The notes beneath the pieces were generated by a model. The model worked only from the letters and a program-made list of their open reading frames with translations, did no database searches and had not been told where the DNA came from. The position numbers and the translations under genes are program-made. DNA of 64,000 nt, from assembly GCA_021815445.1 (NCBI GenBank), contig JAKAGM010000001.1, positions 531,710 through 595,709 on the forward strand, in the 5' to 3' direction. Numbering within the stretch: position 1 is the first letter of the stretch; every line of letters starts with the position of its first letter. This document shows, one piece after another, positions 26,926 to 35,215 of the stretch. The stretch is from a bacterium (GTDB taxonomy: Bacteria > Patescibacteriota > Patescibacteriia > UBA10025).

Positions 26926-28743
26926 TTATGGCAATGGATGAGATGGCGGAGGGATGCGCCTACCGAGCAGGAGGATAGCGACAGCGAGCACGACAGAAAC
27001 GCCTATCGCAATGAGAATCATCATATTGAATGATCCGACGGCATGGGAGCCGAACGACGTAGTAGCTTGTCCTATTGTCGTGTTAGTGTCGGAATCCCGC
27101 AGGAACAGATCGTCAGTCATGTCTGAATACGCCATCGTCCGGGAAAGGCTGGTGAGGAAATAGGAATTCTGGGTTGGTTTGAGGAGCGGGTTTCCCTGGT
27201 CGTCAAGCGCAAGGTTCTCAATGCTCTTTTTATCGATGGTGTTGGCAAAATTTGTTGAAAAGCTCGGCAACGTCTTCCTATTGTTCGCGATAACATAGAG
27301 AAGGACCGAGGATTGTGAAGTGGGGAACGGAGCTATGGGTATGATGACGTTGTTTTGGGCACTCCCGCTCTTGTATGTCAGCGTGGTCCCTGTCTTTGCC
27401 TCGGTAAGGTTGCCGTCGAAGTGGGCAAGGAAAGTTGTATCGTTGGTCACACTCAGCGCATTACCGCTTAAGACAGACGTGTAAGCATTTTGAATATCAG
27501 TTGCGGAAAGCTTTTTGGAGGATAAGCGAACTTCATCGGCAACTCCCCAGAGTGCCGAGGAACCCGAATCTTTGCTTCGCTGACTGATATAAACCGTTCC
27601 GCCGGCAGCGGAAGGCATGGTCCACTGTGTCCCGCTGTAGGCGGCCTCCATCGTCTGTGCAACGCCGTTAATATAAACCTGAGGCGCAGAATCCTGTGAC
27701 CACGTCGCTGCTATATAATACCATTGGCTCGTGTCCCACGATAGCACCTTCTGGTCAGTTGTCTTCCATGAAGTTGCGGCCGGATTGTAGGTAATCAGCT
27801 GGACATTGCCGTGCGAGGAATCCTTGGCTTGGCGCAGTTCAAAAATGTCCTTGCCGTCTTTGCCGACGACATTGAGAAACTCATGGTAGCCGGAATTCTG
27901 CCACAAATTAGTTGTCGGTTTTACCCAGAGTTCGACCGAACCCTCTGTCGGGGTAAAGATCGCATCCGCAGGAAAAGAAAAAACGTCGTTTGTTTCTATC
28001 GTCGCCCCCTGGCCTACGCGCCCCGTTGCGTAACTTGGGGTCTGCGTTGCAGTCCCGCCCGAACCGGTTGTTGCGGATGGTGATCGGCTGACGACTGATG
28101 AAATCTTTAGCGGGTAGACGATATTCGCCGTTTCGAAAGAAATTGATACGGGAGTCGCATGGCCGGTGCGCAGTTTATTGGTGGAATCGCTCCACTCGAG
28201 ACTCTCCGGATTAATGCGCATCGCCACGAAATACCACCCATTATTGATATAGCTGTCGAGGATGTAGCTTGCTGAAGAAGGGAAATTGTATTTGTTGTCC
28301 TTGAGCCAGTTGACGAGCGACTTTTTGTCCGTGGACGAAAGAACTGTAACGTCGTAATAATCAACTTGCTTAGTCTCAATGACAGTCACCCCTTCCTTTG
28401 CCACGTCCTGTGACGTGCCCAATCCGTACATCGGGATGGGATTCTCGATACCGACGCCGGTCAGTGTCTGCAGACTGGTAAAAAGCTCATCGGAACCTTT
28501 CGCTACCGTCGGCTTCGAGGGCGTTGGTATCACCCACCCAAAATCATTTGCATTGCCCTGGAACGTGGCTGAAACAACAAGCGTTTCTACGCCTTTGTCG
28601 TAAAAGATGACGGCTTTTTGGCCGTTTTCCTGCATCCAGTAATTGTCAGGCGGCAGGATCATTCCGTCAGCCAAAATCAATGCGGGGAAAAGCAGCGCCA
28701 AGAGCCCGCCAATGGTTATGAGAACTTTCATGAGTGTGCGCAT
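26926..28743 (-). CDS. DUF2330-domain surface protein with inserted LamG-like lectin domain
   Basis: Q.AVI, FGWVIPTP, W.FVAMR, YPLKIS (DUF2330); SVELWVKP, WYYIAATW, YING, DEVRLS (LamG); signal peptide and C-terminal TM. Confidence 0.75.
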   Translation of the reverse strand: MRTLMKVLITIGGLLALLFPALILADGMILPPDNYWMQENGQKAVIFYDKGVETLVVSATFQGNANDFGWVIPTPSKPTVAKGSDELFTSLQTLTGVGIENPIPMYGLGTSQDVAKEGVTVIETKQVDYYDVTVLSSTDKKSLVNWLKDNKYNFPSSASYILDSYINNGWYFVAMRINPESLEWSDSTNKLRTGHATPVSISFETANIVYPLKISSVVSRSPSATTGSGGTATQTPSYATGRVGQGATIETNDVFSFPADAIFTPTEGSVELWVKPTTNLWQNSGYHEFLNVVGKDGKDIFELRQAKDSSHGNVQLITYNPAATSWKTTDQKVLSWDTSQWYYIAATWSQDSAPQVYINGVAQTMEAAYSGTQWTMPSAAGGTVYISQRSKDSGSSALWGVADEVRLSSKKLSATDIQNAYTSVLSGNALSVTNDTTFLAHFDGNLTEAKTGTTLTYKSGSAQNNVIIPIAPFPTSQSSVLLYVIANNRKTLPSFSTNFANTIDKKSIENLALDDQGNPLLKPTQNSYFLTSLSRTMAYSDMTDDLFLRDSDTNTTIGQATTSFGSHAVGSFNMMILIAIGVSVVLAVAILLLGRRIPPPSHPLP

Positions 28744-28755
28744 AATGATTGTAGG

Positions 28756-29070
28756 TTATTTTTTAACCTTTTGAAGTCGTAATGGGAGGGATTGCTGCTG
28801 CCCGAGAAGCGAACGCGCCGTCCGCCGGCCTTTCGCGGTGAGCTTGATCTCGTCGATAAACCATTTGTGCGGCGTGCGTCTGCCGTAGCCAATCATGAGC
28901 TCTTTATCGATAAGTCGCTCAAGACTCTTGGTAATAGTATTCTGCTGGTCCTCTTTTTTTGTTTTTTCCTTTTGCTTATCGTAAAACGACATGAGCTTGT
29001 TACGCTTAAACACCCCCGTTGAGCCGTAGCAGTCTTTTAATATGAATTTTTGGAGATTGGAAAGTCGCAT
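28756..29070 (-). CDS. Small basic protein, possible winged helix
   Basis: LSNLQKFIL...ITKSLERLIDKELM...LTAKGR pattern. Confidence 0.7.
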   Translation of the reverse strand: MRLSNLQKFILKDCYGSTGVFKRNKLMSFYDKQKEKTKKEDQQNTITKSLERLIDKELMIGYGRRTPHKWFIDEIKLTAKGRRTARSLLGQQQSLPLRLQKVKK

Positions 29071-29091
29071 ACTTCTATCTAAACTCAGTGC

Positions 29092-30495
29092 TCACTTCTT
29101 GACTATCTTGATGTGGAGGTCTTTGAGCTGGCCCGGATCTACATCGCTTGGTGATCCTGTCATTATTTCCCTGTTGTCAGCTGTCTTTGGAAACGCGACG
29201 ACTTCACGCACACTCGGTTCGTTCAGCAAAATGGCTAATAGCCTTTCGATGCCGCAAGCGATCCCCCCGTGAGGAGGTACGCCGTACTCGAACGCTTCCA
29301 TCATGTGTCCGAACTGAATCTTGGCCTCCTCCTTTGTCACGCCGACCAGCTCCAGCACTTTTTCAAGCACTTTCGGGTCAGTCGAACGGATACTGCCGCC
29401 GGCAATTTCGTAGCCGTTGAGCGCTATGTCATGCTGCCAGGATCGAACTTTACCGGGGTCCGTGTCGAGCAAACCGATGTCTTCCGTGTGCGGCGCTGTA
29501 AAAATGTGATGATGCGCAACGTACTTGCCGTCTTTGCGCTCTGCTTCAAAGAATGGCCAGTCAACGATGAAGGCGAACGCGAGCTCATTCGAGTCGTTCT
29601 TGTTTTTACGTAAATCAGGCTTGTCAGTCTTATTCTTCGCCATTGCCTCTGCGTATGATATTCGCGGCCAGGGTGAAAAAGTGATTTTTTTCTCTGGGAA
29701 ATACTTTTTTATCATCTCGGTATAGAGCCGCTCTACCAGGTCAAGGATTTCTCCCTGTTCGACGAATGACATTTCTATATCAAGCTGGAAAAATTGGTCA
29801 GGTGCCCGGTCAGAACGCGCGTCCTCGTCCCTGAAACACGGCGCTATCTGGAAATACTTGTCGAACCCCGCGACCATGAGCATCTGCTTGTATTGCTGGG
29901 GCGACTGCGGCAGGGCATAGAACTTGCCCGGATACTCCCTGGACGGTACGAGGTAATCTCTCGCCCCTTCGGGGGTGGACTTCGCCAAAATAGGCGTCTC
30001 TATCTCGATAAACCCTTCACTATGCAAGAAGTCGCGCATGAACTTCAAAAGCTTTGACCGGACGATGATAGTCCGCTGGTTTCTCGCACGGCGTAAATCT
30101 AAGTATCGGTATTTAAACCGCAGTTCCTCGGAAGCGTCCATTTTTTCGGTTTCCACAATCTCAAACGGTGGAGTTTTTGATTCGGCAAGGATTTTTAACC
30201 CCTCAGCTTGCACTTCAACACTGCCGGTGGCCATCTCTTTGTTAATCAGCTTCTCGGGACGTTTACTTACTGTGCCGGTAATTTCTACCACGAATTCTGA
30301 CCTAAGTTTTTTTGCAGCCTCAAGCACTTCTGCCTTGTCTGGAGTGAACACAACTTGAACAATCCCCGACACATCGCGCAGGTCGACAAACACCATCTTG
30401 CCCATCCTGCGGGCCATGTGCACCCAGCCGTTGAGACGGACTTGCTTGTCAGTATTATTAACTGTTTCTGTTACTAGCAGTCTTTTCATGCGCAT
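29092..30495 (-). CDS. aspS: Aspartate--tRNA ligase (short, no GAD insert)
   Basis: YRYLDLRR, TPEGARDY, ALPQSPQ, CFRDED, PPHGG. Confidence 0.95.
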   Translation of the reverse strand: MRMKRLLVTETVNNTDKQVRLNGWVHMARRMGKMVFVDLRDVSGIVQVVFTPDKAEVLEAAKKLRSEFVVEITGTVSKRPEKLINKEMATGSVEVQAEGLKILAESKTPPFEIVETEKMDASEELRFKYRYLDLRRARNQRTIIVRSKLLKFMRDFLHSEGFIEIETPILAKSTPEGARDYLVPSREYPGKFYALPQSPQQYKQMLMVAGFDKYFQIAPCFRDEDARSDRAPDQFFQLDIEMSFVEQGEILDLVERLYTEMIKKYFPEKKITFSPWPRISYAEAMAKNKTDKPDLRKNKNDSNELAFAFIVDWPFFEAERKDGKYVAHHHIFTAPHTEDIGLLDTDPGKVRSWQHDIALNGYEIAGGSIRSTDPKVLEKVLELVGVTKEEAKIQFGHMMEAFEYGVPPHGGIACGIERLLAILLNEPSVREVVAFPKTADNREIMTGSPSDVDPGQLKDLHIKIVKK

Positions 30496-32087
30496 TACTT
30501 AGTGAAAGTGAAGGTGGAGAGAATATTTTGATAGAGGTCACTTAACCCATTATACTCAGCATCCGGAAATAATGTTACTGCAACTTGATATGTCTGACCG
30601 CTCTTTACAACGAAGGCTGTGTGCCCAGTCCGATCTGACTGGTTAGGACCTGGACCACCTTTCGTATCGATCTCTCGCCATTCAATAGAATTAACAGTTT
30701 TTTTAGTGTCGGACACCGTTTCTACTGCGCTAAACCATCCGGCTGAAACAATGTCGGTTGACGGCTGTACAAAAACAGCAACGTCCAAGTTGGCGTTTCG
30801 GGCTTGACTATATCCAGTCCTAACAGAGACACAAGTGGTCACCAACGAACCGGTTGTGCCACATGGATCTATAATTTGATCCTCTGCTGGATATTTGAAG
30901 CTGAAGTTGTACTTCGAGTTCGTATACGTCTTCCACCCCGCGGTTAAATCTTTCAGCGTCAACGTGGACAGCATTAGGTTGGCAGTTAAATATTCATTGG
31001 CATTAACAACATCCAAAGCATCATAAGCTATTTTATTGCTGCTAATTTCCGCGGTAATATCGTGTCCCCCAATTTGCACTAAACTTGAATCCTTGGGGTA
31101 ATAAAACACGATTTTCACCTTGTTGTTACTTATAAGTCGCGAAGTGAGAGTCGAGGAACCGTCTATTTTTATATTCTGGTCACTCGCAACTATATCGCCT
31201 GCGCCAGTGCCAGTCCGCGCAGAAATCCGGACATCTTCTCCTGATAACCTGATACCAAGTGTCAGAATATAATTTTTATTTGGGCTGTAAAAACTCACAT
31301 ACTTAACCGGCACTCCAAAACTTGAATCCGCTTTGGCGATACTTGTCTCTTGATAGGTCCAAGTTTGCGGATACTTTAAGGTATATTGATAATCGGTGTT
31401 CGTATACGTTTTCCACCCCGCGATTTCGTCCGCTGTTGTATCGTTATCGGTATTGTTCGTAACAACTGAGGTGTTTGTATTCAGCATTGCGGCAGTAGCC
31501 AAGGCAAATGACTGTTTAATGGCAGTCATTTCCTGCGCCGCTACAGAAAACTGCTGCTTGGCGGCTGCAGCATATCCAGCCGGCGGAGTCGTGCTTGAGG
31601 AGACGAAAAAGAAATTATTTGTTCCGTCGGTGCCGATTTTTTCCGCGCCAGCCATTGTAACTTGCGTGCTCTTGGTAATGGTGAAATATAACGCGTCCCA
31701 GGTTGAATGAATCGTGACACTATTATCGCCATCCACCGGCTTGTATCCCGCCCACTCAGTCGGCATGACTATATAAAACCCTAATTTACTTGTATAAACA
31801 TCTTTCCCGGCTAATGGGTTAGTATTTAAATTAGTGTTAACCGCCGTATTCACATTTACCGCATGATTGTTATTTGCCACCACCTCCACGAACGTCTGGC
31901 CGTTTACCCGGCATTGCCTCGGGTAGCTTTCCATAACCGGGTTTCCTGCCGCAACGCATTGCTCAAAGGTAGATATCTTTGCCGGGCCGCCTTTTGATTT
32001 GTAATACAATCCCGCGCCGACCATGGTAGCGGCTACGAGAGCGATGAAAATGACGACGACTATCGGGATAAAGCCTTTGGGTTTCAT
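30495..32087 (-). CDS. Modular surface protein (KGF leader, FEQC...ESYPRQC motif, WKTYTN/PsbP-like modules)
   Basis: N-terminal TM, Asn/Thr linkers, two WKTYTN..Y....KYP modules. Confidence 0.8.
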   Translation of the reverse strand: MKPKGFIPIVVVIFIALVAATMVGAGLYYKSKGGPAKISTFEQCVAAGNPVMESYPRQCRVNGQTFVEVVANNNHAVNVNTAVNTNLNTNPLAGKDVYTSKLGFYIVMPTEWAGYKPVDGDNSVTIHSTWDALYFTITKSTQVTMAGAEKIGTDGTNNFFFVSSSTTPPAGYAAAAKQQFSVAAQEMTAIKQSFALATAAMLNTNTSVVTNNTDNDTTADEIAGWKTYTNTDYQYTLKYPQTWTYQETSIAKADSSFGVPVKYVSFYSPNKNYILTLGIRLSGEDVRISARTGTGAGDIVASDQNIKIDGSSTLTSRLISNNKVKIVFYYPKDSSLVQIGGHDITAEISSNKIAYDALDVVNANEYLTANLMLSTLTLKDLTAGWKTYTNSKYNFSFKYPAEDQIIDPCGTTGSLVTTCVSVRTGYSQARNANLDVAVFVQPSTDIVSAGWFSAVETVSDTKKTVNSIEWREIDTKGGPGPNQSDRTGHTAFVVKSGQTYQVAVTLFPDAEYNGLSDLYQNILSTFTFTK

Positions 32088-32119
32088 GGGAGGTTTTTTA
32101 TTAAACAAAAATATCTGAA

Positions 32120-33361
32120 TTAATTAAATTGAAGTGTTGATAAAATTGTTTTTTGTATTGTTTGATTTGGAATGTTTTGCCATGTTATCCGTAAAAATTT
32201 CTGATCAAGCGGAAAAATTGTTGTAAAAAAGTCTACCATACCATGTTCAATCCCTTGTTTCGCTTGTTTGCCACTTACGGTAATTGTCGTCGGTTCGTTT
32301 GACCCCTGTATTGATTCGCTTGTAGTGAGAAACATGCCGATACTATCCGGCCCATAAATGTTTCCTGATGCTACTGGGTAAATTCTCGCGATTGCATCAG
32401 TGGTTGTCTTTTCCGTAACTCCCCAATCAGCCGGATACTTCATCGAAAATTTATACACACTATTCGTATACGTCTTCCACCCCGTGGTGTCAGAGAGGGG
32501 GGTGAATGTGGAAAGGATTTCCAGCCTTAAACTCTGTTGATCCTGAGAGCTTTTGAGTCCATAGTCTGCCAGCGCAGTCATATCTTGACTTTCAAGGACA
32601 TAATAAACCCAGCGGCTATTTCCTACAAAATCTCCACCGAAAGGACCATTTTTATTAAAATCATTTTTCGACTGCACTACTTTAAGACCACCATCTAATA
32701 TGTCTGATTTTGCAAAATTAATTTCATTCGAAGGGGCTAGATATTTGTCTAACCATGACTGTAAAGAAAGACCTTCAGTATTATCAAAAACGGTGACCAT
32801 TAATAGCTCACTCGCTCCATCTATCCCTATCTGTCCACCCTGTTTTCCGCGTACAGAGAATCTAAGGTTCTTGACCGCATTACCACCCCGTTTCCACGCT
32901 GAATTTTCTTCCTTAACCTGCGCATCCCACTCAGATGGGTAATTAAAGGATACATCATATACAGAATTCGTATATGTCCTCCACTCCGCGGTTGCGTTAG
33001 TGGCAGTGTTGGCATTTGTATTAGCTACGTCGCAATACCTATATTTAATCCCAAAACTGCATCCTGTTGTCGGGCAGTCAGCGCTTTGTGAGGCCTTTTT
33101 ATCATCAGAAATTATTTTAGTTAGATCATCGCCTTTGGCATGATACAGGCATTGCTCTTGTGGATTGGAACCGCAACAGCCACAACCACAAGCGATATAG
33201 GTTTCTGATGTGGCTGTATTGGTATTTGTCACATTATTAATATTTGTCTTTGGTTCTTCGTTTTTTTTTGTTGCAAAGTACCACGCTGTACCTGCGGCGG
33301 CAAGTGCTAAGACAGAAATGATGATGACGGTGACTACTGGGATAAAGCCCTTTGGTTTCAT
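32120..33361 (-). CDS. Modular surface protein (KGF leader, Cys-rich domain, WKTYTN modules)
   Basis: Paralogous N-terminus to 30495-32087; ACGCGCC motif; two W[KR]TYTN modules. Confidence 0.8.
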   Translation of the reverse strand: MKPKGFIPVVTVIIISVLALAAAGTAWYFATKKNEEPKTNINNVTNTNTATSETYIACGCGCCGSNPQEQCLYHAKGDDLTKIISDDKKASQSADCPTTGCSFGIKYRYCDVANTNANTATNATAEWRTYTNSVYDVSFNYPSEWDAQVKEENSAWKRGGNAVKNLRFSVRGKQGGQIGIDGASELLMVTVFDNTEGLSLQSWLDKYLAPSNEINFAKSDILDGGLKVVQSKNDFNKNGPFGGDFVGNSRWVYYVLESQDMTALADYGLKSSQDQQSLRLEILSTFTPLSDTTGWKTYTNSVYKFSMKYPADWGVTEKTTTDAIARIYPVASGNIYGPDSIGMFLTTSESIQGSNEPTTITVSGKQAKQGIEHGMVDFFTTIFPLDQKFLRITWQNIPNQTIQKTILSTLQFN

Positions 33362-33388
33362 AGATGAAAAGAATGTCTCACCACTAAA

Positions 33389-33817
33389 TTACTGCAGGCA
33401 AAGATTACCCTGCTGTAAACATGTGGCAACTGTGTAGGGAGATAACAGTTTCTCACACTTACTTTTATTAAACTTCGCTTCGCTCGTGGAGCATACCCCC
33501 AATGTTTCCCCGTCAGTATTGAGCAGGACTTCATCCTGGTCGGTGCAGTCGCTTTGGAGGAGGAAATAGCTTCCGCAGCTCGTCGCTTTGCCTATCAGGC
33601 ATTCCGGCGTCGCCGGGTTGTACGCTTTGCCGCAAAGCGAGCTGACGACTTTGAAACCTGAAACTTTTGCCAGAGCGATTTCTGCCTTTTTCCTGTTGCT
33701 CAGGTTCATGGCGATACCGTTGGCAAGCACGACGCTTAACACAAACACTACAAAAAGGAGAAGCGTCGTTCCCGAAATACCCCTGGTATCATGAGCAATG
33801 CGCGAAAGAAGTTTCAT
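33389..33817 (-). CDS. Small Cys-rich membrane-anchored protein
   Basis: N-terminal TM after RG, 8 Cys. Confidence 0.75.
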   Translation of the reverse strand: MKLLSRIAHDTRGISGTTLLLFVVFVLSVVLANGIAMNLSNRKKAEIALAKVSGFKVVSSLCGKAYNPATPECLIGKATSCGSYFLLQSDCTDQDEVLLNTDGETLGVCSTSEAKFNKSKCEKLLSPYTVATCLQQGNLCLQ

Positions 33818-33835
33818 AGGGGCATGCGTTAATAA

Positions 33836-35128
33836 TTAAGGTTTCAGCCTGTTTAAAAGACGCGGGAAAGGTATTGCCTCGCGGACATGGTCGAGCTTAC
33901 ACATCCATGTTACGACGCGCTCCAGACCCACCCCGAAGCCGGAATGCGGGAAAGATCCGTATCGGCGGAGGTCGAGGTACCATTCAAATGGCTCTACAGG
34001 GAGTTTCTGCTCGACAAAACGCTTTTTGAGAAGCGCGAGATCATCGATGCGCTGCGAGCCCCCGATGATTTCCCCGTACCCTTCCGGCGCGAGAAGGTCC
34101 GCGCAGAGGACGCGTTCGGGGTTGTCGGGAAGCGGCTTCATATAAAACGCTTTGATAGCCGTCGGAAAGTTCGTAATGAACACCGGCTTCTTGTGATGGT
34201 TCGAAAGCAGCGTCTCATCGTCAGCGCCGAGGTCATCGCCCGACTTAATGTCGGATCCGTTTTTCATGAGCCACTCGACGGCTTCGTCGTACGTTAAACG
34301 CGGAAACGGAGCTGTGATGTTTTTTAACGGTTCGAGAGGGCGCCCGAGAATAGTAAGTTCTTTTTCACAGTTTCTGACGACGTCCCCGGCAATCCGGCAT
34401 ATAAGCTCCTCCTGGAGTTTGAGGCTTTCTTCATGCTCCATGAACGCAGCTTCGGCGTCGAGCATCCAAAACTCCATCAGGTGACGCCGGGTTTTTGACT
34501 TTTCGGCGCGAAACGTCGGCCCAAAATCATAGACTTTGCCAAGAGACGCGGCGAGCGCCTCGAGGTAGAGCTGTCCCGACTGGGCGAGATACGCTGTCTG
34601 TCCGAAATAGTCTGTCGAGAACAGCGTCGTGGTCCCCTCGCACGACGTCGGAGTCAGAATTGGCGTGTCGGTAAGGATAAATCCTTTTTCACGGAAAAAA
34701 GACCTCATCGACCAGATAACCTGGTCGCGGATGATTAAAATGGCGGCCTGCTTCGATGACCGGATCCAGAGATGCCTGTTATCGAGGAGAAATTCTATCC
34801 CGTGCTCCTTTTTGGCTATCGGATACTCCTCAGCCCGGTGAATAATTGTGATATCGTTGACATGAAGCTCGAAACCGCTGGGCGACCGTTTTTCGGATAC
34901 CACCTTGCCGGTGAGTTTCACGGAACTTTCCTGGGTGACTTTTGAACACCGCTCGAAGCCGCCTTCCGCCATTTCCGCTTTATTTGCGACAGCTTGGATA
35001 GTGCCCGTACCGTCGCGCAGCTGCAAAAAGAAGATCTGTCCTGACGAGCGCAAATTATACACCCAGCCCTTCAGGCAAACCTCCTTATTGAGATGTGTCC
35101 CGATCTGACGAATATCGATGCAATCCAT
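33836..35128 (-). CDS. asnS: Asparagine--tRNA ligase
   Basis: RHLWIR, SGQLYLE, FRAEKSKTRRHL, EIIGGSQR, WYLDLRRYG. Confidence 0.96.
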   Translation of the reverse strand: MDCIDIRQIGTHLNKEVCLKGWVYNLRSSGQIFFLQLRDGTGTIQAVANKAEMAEGGFERCSKVTQESSVKLTGKVVSEKRSPSGFELHVNDITIIHRAEEYPIAKKEHGIEFLLDNRHLWIRSSKQAAILIIRDQVIWSMRSFFREKGFILTDTPILTPTSCEGTTTLFSTDYFGQTAYLAQSGQLYLEALAASLGKVYDFGPTFRAEKSKTRRHLMEFWMLDAEAAFMEHEESLKLQEELICRIAGDVVRNCEKELTILGRPLEPLKNITAPFPRLTYDEAVEWLMKNGSDIKSGDDLGADDETLLSNHHKKPVFITNFPTAIKAFYMKPLPDNPERVLCADLLAPEGYGEIIGGSQRIDDLALLKKRFVEQKLPVEPFEWYLDLRRYGSFPHSGFGVGLERVVTWMCKLDHVREAIPFPRLLNRLKP

Positions 35129-35215
35129 GCCGCGATTATACCATTTCTGCCGCTTTTTGCAAAGAAAAAAAGGCCATTAATAAGCCTTTTATGCCCCATT
35201 TTTTTCAGGGAAAAG

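Noticed and set aside
30919-32990. Diversity-generating retroelement TR/VR pair
   Set aside because: Repeats are only ~22 bp, mismatches are not adenine-specific, and no reverse transcriptase is in the window.
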